Source of the DNA: Malacoraja senta
Taxonomy: Eukaryota
NCBI GenBank assembly: GCA_038087875.1
Contig: CM075992.1
Location: 2,792,001-2,856,000, forward strand
DNA length: 64,000 bases
Direction of reading: 5' to 3'
Within the stretch, counting starts at the first letter, position 1. Every line of letters starts with the position of its first letter. This document shows, in pieces, positions 40,541 to 53,653 of the stretch. Position numbers and translations under genes: made by a program. The notes beneath the pieces were generated by a model. The model was not told where the DNA came from, searched no databases, and saw nothing but the letters and a program-made list of their open reading frames with translations.

Positions 40541-41644
40541 GTAAGTACAAACAATGATTTTTCCTTGAACTTTTTTCACAGCTTAGGAAAGCAGTTATTA
40601 TCTGTGCTACACTCTAAATGGTTCGTAAAATCGATCAGGTGTCAGAAACCATGAGACAATAAACTAAAGTGACTTTCCTTGAGCTGTAATGTAAACCTTG
40701 GCTTTTGAAATGCTCTAACTTTAACCAGAGATGCATTTATCGCATAAATAATCTCCCTTTAAAAGTTCATCTTCCCACTTTCATATTCCTGTTGTTGCGC
40801 TGGGAGTTGCATTGATACCACCTGGAACTTCTTATTAGCTGATTTCAGAAAAAAGAGCAATATCTGCTTATTGTTCTATGCATAATCCAAAAGGAATAGA
40901 TTTATTCAGGTGGTATTGTGTACCCAGTGAAATTTTCCCTTTTTGTATTTGCTACCATTGCTCTTGGATTACAAAATTGCCCAAACTGCTCTAATTTATT
41001 TAACCCATGATGGTGGAGATGATGGATAATTTGGAAATTAATGCACTTAGATGTATAGGAAATAATTTATTATACACCCATCCCTCCCTTTCCCAAATGT
41101 TATCTTGCACCTCCAAGATGCAGTATTTTGTACTCTTTGCTTGAGATCTTCACAAGCATGAACTTGGTTCTTCTACCTGACTGGCTAGTTACAGCTGGAT
41201 TTTATCTGCTCTTTAGAGCAGGTATGGTTGGATCACAGTGCTGCAGTAATATAGAGGCAGTTAAACTATGCTGGATCTCCAAATGATGCCTACATTTACA
41301 TTTCAATTTAAAGTATTGGCACTGTATTTAGTTGAATTGTGTTGTATCCTCCAAATTATGAGCACATTTCTCATGATTGAATTAAATGTGGAATTAGCAG
41401 CAGATTATTTCATTTTGTCATTGATGCAATTAGTGTATTTGTTTATATATGCAATTTTTATGGTCTTTAGGTTTGGACTAGTTTAGACACTAAATTGTTT
41501 CAATTGTAACCATTTCTATGGTAATTGTGGGCAATAATTGTGGTGCGAAAAGTTAATGGGGGGGGGGGGGGTTGCATTGAGATGCGAGGTTATTAAGAAG
41601 TACATCGGCATTGTGACGTCCATATAAAATCCTTCAAACTCTAG

Positions 41645-41747
41645 GTTCCAGTTCCGCGGCATTCGGTGGGAATAGTGATCGGAAGAAGTGGAGAAATGAT
41701 CAAGAAGATACAAAATGACGCAGGAGTCCGAATACAGTTCAAACCAG
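41645..41747 (+). CDS. KHSRP: KHSRP exon 11 (KH3)
   Basis: ctctAG|GTTCCA...AACCAG|GTcagt, 103 nt; [38 protein letters not shown] loop as in KHSRP KH3. Confidence 0.94.
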
Positions 41748-42128
41748 GTCAGTCCCATTCCCTGCACTCAGCATCTGACACAGCAGTTCTTAAACCCAGG
41801 AGTCCCCTGGATTTTAACACCATACTAGGTGTTTCTGAAGCAAACACAGAAATGGAGCATTTAGCTTTAGTTGATAGTGCACATTTGACATCACTTCTTG
41901 TATTAACCAGTGGAAATTATACCGCTGCTCATGAGTCCTCCCACCTTGTTCCCTGGTGGTGTAAATAAATGTTGGTCCACTGGCATTAGATAGCTATTGT
42001 ATTCCCCGATGGCACAATTATGGGTTGCCTGGGGTGGTATTACACAGAGGCACATCAATGTAACCAATCTGCCAAAGATAGACACACAATGCTGGAGTAA
42101 CTCAGCGGGACATGCAGCATCTCTGGAT

Positions 42129-42156
42129 GATGTTTCAGGTCGAGACCCTTCTTCAG
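42129..42156 (-). ncRNA. Minimal hammerhead motif, antisense to KHSRP
   Basis: Reverse complement CTGAAGA-A-GGGT(CTCG)ACCT-GAAA-CATC. Confidence 0.45.
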
Positions 42157-42637
42157 ACAATCTACCATCTGCATTCCGTACAGATGCTCTGGTTCATTTT
42201 AAACTCTTGTTCAATTACAATTTTTGCCGCCAGTGATTAAAATAACAAATTATTTTTACTTCCTTATTTATCCGCATTTCCCAAACACAAGACTGGGAAC
42301 AGAAGATTTGTTATGTGGAATTTTTTTAATTTTAAGTATTCCTGTGTATTTTTGAAGCTGCAAATGCCAAAGTTATTGGCTGGAATTATGTGTGACTAAA
42401 GAGCACCATTAGCGTTTACGTTTTTTCCTCCTCGGCACAGATTTGATCCCGCATGGTGCAGAAGGTACACTGTGCAGAGGATGGGCGATAGTGTTGCAGG
42501 TTTAAGTCTACAGCTTCTGTCTAGATTAGCAACTCCCTGAAAAATGTGTCCCTTGCAGTGGGAATGGTGTATGGAGAGTGATTCAGTGAAGTGAAAATTG
42601 ATGCCTCCACTTAGGGCTGGAAAAGTGCCCTATAAGC

Positions 42638-43619
42638 AAGTTCGGTATTCCGAAAAACGCAAGGAATTGTCAAAGGTCATTCACTATAAAGAAAAGGCGA
42701 ACGAAGCGCTGGCTGAATAAACTGTAAATTCTCATCTTTATTCATAATTTATGTGTAAAAATATATTTAATCTGAGGAACGGGGTGCCGTGTGGTCACAT
42801 TATAGGAAAATTACGTGTATTCCAGACTGGAACACAGTGATAGTTTCTGAGCCGAATTTCACTATTCTGCTAATTTCAAGACAATGAAATTCTTCCGCCT
42901 CATCTATGAATACGAATGAACAATGAAATTCTCGATTCCAGAGTGACTCCCATAAATGGTCAACTCCTCACCCCCCCCCCCCCCCAAAGAAGAACAGGTA
43001 GCGGGAGAGTGGGATGTAACAGCGAGATTAAGTGAGGGGGGAAGATGCGAGTGGGAGACTGGCGAGCGCGCACACAGGCCCGTGCCTCATCCGCAGCCAG
43101 AATCGAACCCGGGTCCCCGGCGCCGCAAGCGCTGCCGAACTGCCACTGGACCGGACCGACGACACCAGTGGCCCCAGGCCCACAGCCAACGCGGAGAAGA
43201 AGAGCCAACCCCAGCTCAACTCCGCCTGTCCTGCCGAGCCATCGCAGCACCCCGTGTGCATCCCCGCCGATGACTGGCACTCGGCCCCAAGGGGGCCAAT
43301 TGACAGCCACTGGACAAGGAGAGAGGTGCAGCTGAAGGACCCGCCAGAGACCCGGCCCAGGCCACAGACGAGCACGATCTCGCTCACCCACCAAAGCATA
43401 AAACTATAAAAAACGACACAATAATCTTAGCGTTTAACAAAGGAACAATAAATACAGCTAATTCATAGTTTGAAAGCAGTGTTTATCTTACCTAGAGGAA
43501 TCAAAGCAGGAAAAAACAGAAGAAATTAGGGTCTCTTTGTACACAGCTCTATTGCTTCCCAGCAATGTTTCTGCATAGTGACCTTTGACCTAGGCATGCA
43601 CAGTCGGAATACCGAACTT
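42638..43619. mobile_element. Unclassified ~1 kb inverted-repeat-bounded element
   Basis: Perfect 16-bp inverted repeat AAGTTCGGTATTCCGA (42638-42653 and 43604-43619), plus subterminal GTCAAAGGTCA / TGACCTTTGAC; CpG-rich interior. Confidence 0.6.
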
Positions 43620-43905
43620 AAGATCAGGACTGCTTCGAACTTCAGGACACAAGGAGGAATTTTACTGTCATTAGGACTGAGTTTGATTATATTGCTAGCG
43701 ATGAGTGTAACTGACCCAAAAAAACTCAACTTGCTTACCATCTCAAAGCTAACTTTTTGTTTTGAGCATCTGGATTCATTGTTTCAGGTATTGTCTGTTC
43801 CATTTGGACTTGATTTCTGTAATAGTGCAACTGCTATGGAAGTGCTAACATTCACCTTTCAATAAAATCCTTTTTCCCCCCCTCCCCCCTTCTTTCATCC
43901 CGTAG

Positions 43906-44006
43906 ATGATGGATCTACGCCTGATAAGATAGCACATGTAATGGGGCCTCCAGAAAGATGCCAGCATGCTGCACAAATAATTACTGACCTTCTGCAGAAC
44001 GTACGG
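43906..44006 (+). CDS. KHSRP: KHSRP exon 12
   Basis: ccgtAG|ATGATG...GTACGG|GTatgg, 101 nt; [34 protein letters not shown]. Confidence 0.92.
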
Positions 44007-46303
44007 GTATGGAATGGACTTTTGTTCTTGATTTTTCCGTGTTTACTTTGCCCTCTTGTGTCACCACACCACTCCTGAAGGAGGCTAGTGCTCCATGGAT
44101 AATATGCACTTTAGTTGCTTGCCCATTTTAAAAGGAGACAAAAGCATTGTGGCAGAGTATCCCTGCTTGATCCAACATCTACAGGCACTGAATGTAATAG
44201 TGCTGCATAGCAACCCAGATTGGAAACGTTGGCTGCAAACCCCACCTACACTCCTGCTCGTCCTTGAGTATAAGCTACTGCTTTGTACATGCATCATCTT
44301 CCAAGCATGTTGTGGTGTTCCTGCCTAAAACACGACTCTAGTTCAGATCTGGTTGACCAGGCAACAACATTGGGCTGCCTATAGTATCCTTGGTGGTGGT
44401 TGTAGTTAGATGTTGAGGTATCGGTACAATGGGTAGTGCACTTGCACAAGCTGACTTGGACCTGAATTTGCTTATGAGAATGGTAAGCTTTTGGAATCGC
44501 CTGACATAGCAGCAGAAGAAGTCGTCTTGCCTAATAAAGGGCGATAAAGCTTCACCTGACTTATTCCTGCAATGGCAGGGTATGCCCTGTAAGAGAGATT
44601 AAGCTTAAAAATTCTCTGAGCCCAGAAGATTGAGGTGCAACGCAAATGAAATACATAAGTTATATGGAGGTTGATAGTCTAGAGGTAGGACTGATTTCGT
44701 CCCCACACCCCCCAGCTGTTGTGTCGAGAATAAGAGATCACAGTATAAAAATTTGAGATTGGATATTCGGAGATGTGGCCTTCACCTAAAGAATGGCGAA
44801 CCTTTGACATTCTGGAGTGCTGCAGAGGCTTTGTTACTGAGTTTCATGGATATTTGGGCCATTGAGATGAGGGTTTAATGCAAGAAAATGGGGGCTTAAT
44901 GCAAGAGGTTAAACCCTAACCAAGGCTGATGGAACCAGCGTGAGTGACTGGAAAACCTTCTCCCACTTCTGTTTCTTGCTTAAGAAGTAAAATAATTCAG
45001 GGGCGGGTGCAGGGAGGATTTAAAGTTCTTCTGTTTTTGAAGTTAGTGTACAGGACTCATTCACCTGTCTCTTGAGCACGTTATATGTACCTTGTCATGC
45101 AATATCTGTTGAGAGTAAAGGCTAACATTTAGGGTTGATGTTGAGGCTGGACAACCTTGCATTGAGTATTAATCCTGCTTGCCTTTCCCCATGCATGGGC
45201 CGACTGTTTGTGGCATCTTCTGTTTTTATTTCATATTTCAACAGCTGTGGTATATAAACAAAGGATGTTAAAACCCATTCCTTTCTTTATCTGGATTGAT
45301 TAAGAACCACTGATGTATTTTGAGCTCAATTAATATTTGCTGGTAGCTTTTCATGCAAGATGTCATGTGTATCTTGTGTAAAGTCACTAAGTTGTGTTTA
45401 GAATGGCTTTGCCTCCCATGTTACATTGTCCTGTTTCGGGACACAACAGTAAAACAATAAAACACTCGTGACTCTGATACTAATACTGGATCAGTCCCAT
45501 TCTGCTGGCCGCATTTCTGTTAACTGCTGGCATCTTACACTTTGCTGCACTTACCAGCAAAATAAGCTGGCAGTGTGAAAGTAACATTGAATGTCTCAAT
45601 TCTGTGCTGGGGTCAAATATAGTGTCTAACATACCTCCTATACAGTCAGCCCATCCCCAATGAAAATTCTGAAGTAAAGTTTAAAAAAAATTAAAGGTAA
45701 ATTAATTGCATAGCTTGGAATCCTTGGTCCTCTCACATGCTTACTTCGTTAATCAATTCCCCTTCTCCCTCCCTCCACCCCATTTCCATGAAACTAGTAA
45801 ATCAAATAAGACCATGATCTCAGCTGGACAAAGTGGTCAGGAATGTGGAATCCTTTCCAAAGCTGTAGATGCTCGACTACTTGGAGCTTCTAGTATTGAG
45901 GGTGAGGAGTGAAAGCTTGCACTTCAACTCCTGCAACCAGATCAGCTGGGTTTTACTTCACTGTTGGAGTGAATGAGAGAGAGTCTGAAGAGCTGCTTCC
46001 TGTTGTTGGAATGCCGCTCTTCAACCTAATCAACCGTGCAGAGGTAGGTACCCAGAAAAAACACTGGGAACGTAAGAGGGTGACTGGCAGCAATGGTTTT
46101 GTTCAGGTTCAATGCATTCTTAATTTCCCCCAACATTTTCGAGGAGCTAAATTTTGCCATTCTGCATGTGGTGCATTTTGAATACACATTTTCACAGCAG
46201 GTCTCCTGAATGAACAAATTCATCAGTATGTACCCAGTTCCTATTTTAAAATCCTGAGTGTTGGTGTGTGACTTTTTGTATTAAACTGCGTGTGTTTGTT
46301 TAG

Positions 46304-46451
46304 GCTGGGCCATCCGGTCCCCCGGGTCCTGGAATGCCTGGCCCTGGCCGAGGAAGGGGCAGAGGTCAAGGCTCATGGGGCATGGGCCCCCCTGGAGGAG
46401 AGATGGCCTTCTCAGTCCCCAGCCACAAGTGTGGTTTGGTCATTGGCAGAG
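46304..46451 (+). CDS. KHSRP: KHSRP exon 13 (RG repeat, KH4 start)
   Basis: gtttAG|GCTGGG...GCAGAG|GTaggt, 148 nt; [49 protein letters not shown]. Confidence 0.93.
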
Positions 46452-47400
46452 GTAGGTCAAACACCTATGCTTTGACTCTTATGGTGTTCCATTATATTGC
46501 GCGTTTGTCTTTAATATTTATCCGAGACGTATTTTATTACTCATTGGGTATTTTTAAAGCGGAGATTGATAGGTTCTTGATTAGTATGGGGATCGAAGGT
46601 TATGGAGAGAAGGCAATAGAATGGGCTTGAGATGGGAAAATAGATCAGCCAGACTCAATGGACCAAATGGCCTAATTCCACTCCTATGTCTTAAGATCTT
46701 ATGAATACTTGATTTTTATCTCTTGGTCAACAACATTGCCCAGCATTCATTTGACTATACTGGATAATTAGTGGTTAGATTATTACTGCTCCGTGGAATA
46801 TCAGGAGCTGACAAAATTTTCAATTTGTTTGTAGCTATGGTCTGGTATTGTCTGGAGACTATTTAGTTTAGAGTTGCAGGTGGAAACACGCCTGTCAGCC
46901 CACTGAGTCCACACCAACTATCTAAACCTAAGACCTGTTCACATTAGTTTTTATTCCACTTTTATATCCACTTCCTACACACTATGGGCAATTTACAGAA
47001 GCCAATTAACCTGCAAATCCGCGTGTCTTTGGAACGTGGGAGGAAACTGGAGCATCCAGAGGAAACCCACACAGTCGTAAGAGATAGGAACAGAATTAGG
47101 CCATTCGGCCCACCGCCATCGAATCGTGGCTGATTTATCTCTCCCTCCTAACCCCATTCTCCTACCTTCTCCCCATAACCTCTGACACCCGTACTAATCA
47201 AGTCATAGGTGTTGCTGCACTCTGATGCCTCAGTCAATCTCCAGCTCTCTTGCCTCCTTCAATTATCTTGAGTACATTTTTCACTGCTAAATATGTACAG
47301 ACTCTAAAATCGACACCTTTTATGTCAATATTTTGCTTTACTTTGTGGCAGTTGGGTTGTGTTATAGGTGAAACTGAAGGGAATTGCTTAAACTTTTCAG

Positions 47401-47561
47401 GTGGGGAAAATGTGAAGGCGATCAACCAACAGACCGGTGCTTTTGTGGAACTGCAGCGGCAGCCCCCTCCCAATGGTGATCCCAACTTCAAACTCTTCAC
47501 CATCCGTGGATCCCCCCAACAGATTGATCATGCCAAGCAGCTCATTGAGGAAAAGATAGAG
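47401..47561 (+). CDS. KHSRP: KHSRP exon 14 (KH4)
   Basis: tttcAG|GTGGGG...ATAGAG|GTaact, 161 nt; [54 protein letters not shown]. Confidence 0.95.
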
Positions 47562-47620
47562 GTAACTCTCACTTCCATCTGAAGGGGTTCAAGTACGAAT
47601 ATCATTGCTGTGTTTTGTTA

Positions 47621-47925
47621 AAGCCCTGTCCCACGGTACGAGTTCATTCCAAGAGCTCTCCCGAGTTTGCCCTGATTCGAACTCGGAGATTTACGGTAAT
47701 GGCCACACGTCGGTACTCGGGGCTCTCGTGGACATTTTTCAACATGTTGAAAAAATCTTCACGAGTCTTCTCGTGCTTACCTTCCATTAGCGTTACGAAC
47801 CGCTAAGAGACGTCCCCGAGCTCCGACGTACCCGCTACATTCATTCTCCGTGCTTACCACGAGTTTGATTTTTTTTAAAACTCTGGAAAGCTCTTGGAAT
47901 GAACTCATACTGTGGGACAGGGCAT
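47621..47925. mobile_element. PIF/Harbinger-like MITE (same family as 23986)
   Basis: TIRs AAGCCCTGTCCCAC...GTGGGACAGGGCAT; TTA on both flanks; interior shared with the 23986 copy. Confidence 0.85.
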
Positions 47926-48659
47926 TTACACATGATCAAGCATTCTTGGCTTCTCAAAGTTGATCGTATTTGTTCATTACTTTAACGTGTATATTTCTGA
48001 ATTTATTTTTGCATGTTTGAATTTTCATGAATTCGGCCAGACAATATAGGGAATTCCCAATTTGCAGTTTATTCATTGCATGGGATGAGTGCGTAGCAAT
48101 TTGCGGTACAACCGGGAAATTTTGTCCAGTTGAGCATGCCACCTGTCATAAATTCCTTCATATCCAGGATGCAAGTAACTTCTATGCTCCTATTTCCATT
48201 CTGCTAGCAGTGCTGTGCTTAATCTGTGGAATGCACTTAATGCTGTGCAATTCAGGAGCCAGTTGGCACCTTGGCCTGTATGCTACCCCATTTGTTCTAT
48301 GTATCCTTCTGTATCTCTAATTTCCCTTTCCCCTGACTCAGTCTGAAAAAGGTCTTGACCCGAAATGTCACCTCTTCTCCAGAGATGCAGCTTGACCCGC
48401 TGAGTTAATCCAACTTTTTGTTTCTATATTCGATGTAAACCAGCATCTGCAGTTCCTCCCTACACATTTTGTCTTGCTTCCACTTTCACTCCTCTACCTC
48501 TACCATTGTGCTTCTCCCTTGCTTTTGTCTGCATGCTTCCCTCAACCTGCATGCGTCCAAACCTTCCTTAGGACTTAGCTGAGAGGATGTATTATTTTAT
48601 AAATGTAATGCCAGCCATTTAAGATCCAGATAGATGTTTATTAATCCTTTCATTTCCAG

Positions 48660-48760
48660 GGTCCTTTGTGTCCTGTCGGCCCCCCGATGCCTGGTGGCCC
48701 CATGGGACCTTTCCAACCAGGACCCTTCCCCCAAGGACCCCCAGGAGCCCCTCCTCCCCA
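48660..48760 (+). CDS. KHSRP: KHSRP exon 15 (Pro/Gly-rich)
   Basis: ttccAG|GGTCCT...TCCCCA|GTaagt, 101 nt; [33 protein letters not shown]. Confidence 0.92.
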
Positions 48761-49713
48761 GTAAGTAACCTGATATTTTTTACTGCCGTTACTACTTTCC
48801 TGTATACAGCAATTGAGATCTGGTAGATAACGAGGAGCCACAGCTTTTGAATAACTTGGGATTCCACTGTCATTTTTCCCACGCCATTATGTTCAGATTC
48901 TGTCTTTTGGTAAAAGTAGTAATCTGATGGAAGCCCAATGTACCCACTTGCTACCAGTCAGTGACACCTTTCCTGAATGACTTCCTGTTGATCAGTGGGA
49001 AGTTACCTCTTGTTTTGCTGGGAGTGTACCAAAGCCATATGTGCTTGCTTTGGAAAGAAAATTGGACTAAGGCATGACCTTTAACGATAGAACCAGAGTG
49101 TTCAAGGGAGGAAATGTCATTTTCTGGACATTTTCAGTGCAGGCAAAAAGCCTGCGTTTCCCTATCACTTTATAATCTTCCCTCCAAGCTGTCGCCTCTT
49201 GTGACTGAAGTGAGAGGATTGAGCATTGCGATTGACATGGGCTTCACCCACTGCAGATCTTGCATGGGATATTAACCACTTCCTGAGATCTTTTTCACCC
49301 CAATGACCCTACTTGAACGAGCAAGTGTGTGCAGTGTGAACCGGTGAATCAGGAAATCCCTGCACTGTGCTCCCGATAAATTGAAAAGTCCCCATATAAA
49401 CCCGAGATGACTGAGCAGATGACGGGACACTTGGGTCTCTGCTCTCTTCCATTCTGTCTTCTGTCAATTGTTGGTCATTGGCAGAGTCATACAGCGTGGA
49501 ATTGGGCCCTTCGGTCCAACTTGTCCATGCCGACCAACATGCCCCATCTACGCTAGTCCCACCTACCTGTGTTTGGCCCATGTCCCTCTTTGTACCTGTC
49601 CAGATGTTAAATGTTGTGATAGTACGTGCAGGTGAAAAAGGTGAGTGCAGGCAAGGGTCTTTCATAGTTGTGCTGTGAACTGTATAGAACTAACTAGCAT
49701 TCTTCCCTGCCAG

Positions 49714-49811
49714 TCCTGTTGCCGGTGGCCCGCCTCCTCCACACCAATATCCTCCTCAAGGTTGGGGAAACACGTACCAACAGTGGCAGCCGCCTGGACC
49801 CCATGACCCAG
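49714..49811 (+). CDS. KHSRP: KHSRP exon 16
   Basis: tgccAG|TCCTGT...ACCCAG|GTaacg, 98 nt; [33 protein letters not shown]. Confidence 0.92.
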
Positions 49812-51237
49812 GTAACGATTCCCGTTTTCTTGATTGTTTGCGGGGTTTGAGCCACCGCTACAAAGAGCGTAGAAGCACTGATTCATGCCTGGTGTTGTTC
49901 CACACCCACAGGTTCTAACAGGAGCAGGGCTCCGCTGTAAAGTGGCTGGGCGCCTAATTCTGTTTTTCTTTTCCATACTCCCCCCACCCCCCCAAACCCT
50001 CCAGCATCCCTGCGCTCCTTTCTCTTGTGACCATTTCTGCAATCTCTCTTCAATATTTTGACTGTTTGTTCAGTTCCTTGGCTATCAAGCCCTGGAATTT
50101 CATCTCTAAATCGTTTCCACGCGACATCTACCTCACAGTTATAGTCTTTAACCAAATTTTAATCTGATACGGTAGTAATTTTTAGCAGAAACCTTCTTGT
50201 GCAGATGTAGGATTTTGTATGAAAGCAAGGTTTTCTTAATTTGTCCGCCAAGCTTCAATAGCTAAAGCCCATTTGCCCCCGTTCTTGTAATATTGCACAC
50301 TATCCCATTTGTCCCGTTTCTCACGCCGGCTCTTTAAGTTCTAAATTAGTCTTGTTATTTCTCCATGCCCTTGCAAATTATCTCTTTTCCAGAATGTATC
50401 TAATTCCTCCTTGAAAATTGCGATTTGAGTCTTTGGAATACATTTCTGAAATAGTAAATTATAAATCTGGGCCTTTTGCTGATTTCCTCAATTATGACTT
50501 GCGGTTAAAGGGAAACCAAAATTCTTAATATTAAATATACCTGTCTTCTGCAAAAAATGTTTTTGTGATAGTGTTTTGGAGTTCATTTTTGGTTGCCATC
50601 ACTGATAATCTAGACTGCTTTAGAGAACATATAAAAATGCTCAATAGTTTGTGAGATGTGGATGTTGTGGCAAGCCTGATGTTAATTGTCCATTCGTCAA
50701 TTGTCCTTGATTGTGGTGGCATTATTGCCGCGAAGGGTAAGAAATAAACCATTTTGACAAAGGGCCTTTGACCTGAAATGTTAGCCATCTCCTTCCCACA
50801 GATGGAGCCTGACCTGTGTAGTCTTTCCAGCATTTCCTGTTTTTATACTGTTATACCTATTGAGTTTTGTCTACCATTCACAAGACAAGAGCTGATCTGA
50901 TCTCATTTGCTTCTTGGCTGTGCCAGCTGATTGAACCTTTCACATTTTTACTGCGCTATCTATATGCCATCAGTTGCAATTTGCAGAAGAGTGCCATATT
51001 AAGCCACATTTCAAGGTTCCCAAGCTATTCATAAAAGGCTAATTTTATGCTATTATCCCAAGACTTGGATTCATCAATTTACAGGAAGTTTTTCTCTTTC
51101 TCCTGCTCTTTCCCCCCCCCCCCCCCCCCCCCCCCAGCAAATATCTTGAACCTCTCTGAACTTGCCCTGAGGAAATATAACTTTTTTCCCTAATTTATAA
51201 TTTAATCATTTGGAACCCAACCATCTTGATAAATAGT

Positions 51238-51265
51238 CTGAAGAAGGGTCTCGACCCGAAACGCC
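51238..51265 (+). ncRNA. Minimal hammerhead motif with mutated cleavage triplet
   Basis: CTGAAGA-A-GGGT(CTCG)ACCC-GAAA-CGCC (GCC in place of GUC). Confidence 0.45.
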
Positions 51266-51733
51266 ACCTATTCCTTCGCTCCATAGATGCTGCCTCACCT
51301 GCTGAGTTTCTCCAGCAATTTGTCTACCCTCCATGGAAGATGATCAGTGTACATGTGCTCGCAAATCATTAATTCACCCCATTAATATTAAACTGTTGGA
51401 TCTCTAGTTTTCTTCGGGTCCTCCGTGAATGCCCTCGTATTCGCCTATGTAGAAACTTATTTGAAATGGACATCATCTTTAATATCTTTTAAGTGATAAA
51501 TTAAAACGGTCACAGGTTTATTCCTATAGCAGACTTCTTTCTTTGTCTATTTTAACCATTGTGTGTCTTGCCCATTTGATTTTTTTGTGCCTTCTGTGAT
51601 AACTTGTTCTTTGATCTTCTGCCCCTTTCAATTATGGATCATACTTCTGTGTGGTTGGGGGTGAAGATTTAGTGTTTGCAAAATAAGCTCCCTGTGGTCT
51701 TGTGACGTATTAATGGCGCCTTCTCTGGTGCAG

Positions 51734-51850
51734 GCAAACCTCCTGGGGATCCAAATGCTGCTGCCTGGGCTGCCTATTACCAACAGTATTATCAGCAGCC
51801 TGCCGCGCCCGTCCTACCCCAACAGCCAGCTGCTGCTCCACCAGGCCCAG
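51734..51850 (+). CDS. KHSRP: KHSRP exon 17 (Tyr-rich repeat 1)
   Basis: gtgcAG|GCAAAC...GCCCAG|GTaaga, 117 nt; GKPPGDPNAAAWAAYYQQYYQQPAAPVLPQQPAAAPPGP. Confidence 0.92.
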
Positions 51851-52669
51851 GTAAGATGTGACCTGCTTTGTAAGGAGAAAAATCTATCTTCTGCTACTTG
51901 TATTCTCCCCAGGTGTAAATTAATCCATTGGCATTAATATGCGCAAGCTTCCTATTCCTTGTACATTTTAGGAGAAATTTCTAATGGCTCTCTGAAAACA
52001 AAACTTTGTATTTGATGCTGCCTGACCCGCTGAGTTACTCCAGCATTTTGTGTCTACCTTTGATTTAAACCAGCAGCAGCAGTTCTTTCCTGCACTTCAA
52101 AACGTTTTAATGTAAATGTATAAATGTAATAATTGTCTCTTTTTTGGAGAGACAGTGTGGAAACAGGCCCTTCAGGAATAATTTTACACGTACACCAATC
52201 CAATTAACTTATATACCGTACGTCTTTAGAGTGGGAGGAAACCGAATATCTTGGAGAAACCCCATGCGGTCACGGGGTGAACGTACCAACTCTGTACAAA
52301 CAGTATCTGTAGTCGGGATCGAACACGGGTCTCCGGCGCAACAGGCCCGTTTCCGCGCTGTATCTGTAAACTAAACTAAACTGAGCTACTGTAAAATATA
52401 CAAGCTGCAGCAATGTAAAATGATAAGAAATTGATTCATAAACCTCTGGAAGAATACTATGCAGGGTTCATGCAAAATGTTTAAAGAGCAGCCAAAATAA
52501 TCTACAGCAACTTCTCCGCACGGAAGCAGAGAGACCTCTCCAGAACATTACAGTGAGTGGAGGTTAGCAACTTGCAAATTAATTTCAGTCACCGAGCATT
52601 AACTAGGGAATTTCATTACTGATGCATGCATCCATGAGAGACAGACTGGAATTTGTTACCCACAGGGTG

Positions 52670-53185
52670 GGTGATACAGCTTGGAAACGGGCCATTCGGC
52701 CCAACCTGCCCACACCAGCCAACATGCCCCATCTAGTCCCATCTGCCTGCGTCTGGCCCATATCCCTCTAAACTTATCCTATCCATTCTACCTGTCTAAA
52801 TGTTGCGATAATACCTGCCTCAACTACCTCTGGCAGCTCTTTCCTAACACTTACCACCTTTTGTGTGAAAATATTACCTATTAAATCTTCGCCCCCCCCT
52901 CACCTTAAATCTATGTCCTCTGTTGCTCAGTTCCCCAACTCTGGGCAAGAGACTGCGTCTACTCATGATCTTTTTCACCTCTATAAGATCACCCCTCATC
53001 CTCTTGCACTCCAAGGTGTAGAGTCCTAGCCTGCTAACCTCTTCCTACAGCTCAGGCCCCGAGTATTGGCTACATCCTCATAAATCTTCTCTGCGTCCTT
53101 TTCAGCTTGACAACATATTCTAACTTGGTGACCAAAACTGAACACAATACTCTAAATGTAGCCTCACCAATGTCTTAGCAACCTG
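52670..53185 (-). mobile_element. CR1-like LINE 3' fragment
   Basis: Similar to 686-1250. Confidence 0.8.
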
Positions 53186-53569
53186 CAACCAATATTTTTG
53201 AAATAGTCACTTGAAAACTTGCATGTAACAGATGGCAATATGGTACTTACCAGGCAATCACTTGTATGTTGTTTGTGCAGGAGGTGTTAAATAGAGCAAC
53301 AGGAGATTTCCCAGCTTTTACAAATTGTATTGTGGTATCTCACACATTTGTTTGAGAGAACAGGCAGGACTTTGGTTAAACATCGCGTGTATAATATGGG
53401 GCCTCCAGTATAGCAGCCCTCATCCTAGATTTAATGTTCCTTTCCCCGGGTGTTGGTCAAACCGTCTGACTTGAAGATGCGACGGGTGGTGGGAACAAGT
53501 TACCACCTGTTGGTGTCTGTAACAAAGCTACTGTCTCTTTTAATTATCTTTTAACTCTGTTTTCCATAG

Positions 53570-53653
53570 ATCCTTCACAGCAGCCTCCTGTGCAAGGGCC
53601 TGGAAGTCAACCTGATTACACTAAAGCATGGGAAGAATATTATAAGAAACTAG
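53570..53653 (+). CDS. KHSRP: KHSRP exon 18 (Tyr-rich repeat 2)
   Basis: ccatAG|ATCCTT...AACTAG|GTgggc, 84 nt; DPSQQPPVQGPGSQPDYTKAWEEYYKKL. Confidence 0.9.
   Translation: MLHSSLLCKGLEVNLITLKHGKNIIRN

Noticed and set aside
42956..43409. Cluster of GC-rich ORFs on both strands
   Set aside because: No recognisable domain or splice pattern; explained by high GC within a putative mobile element.
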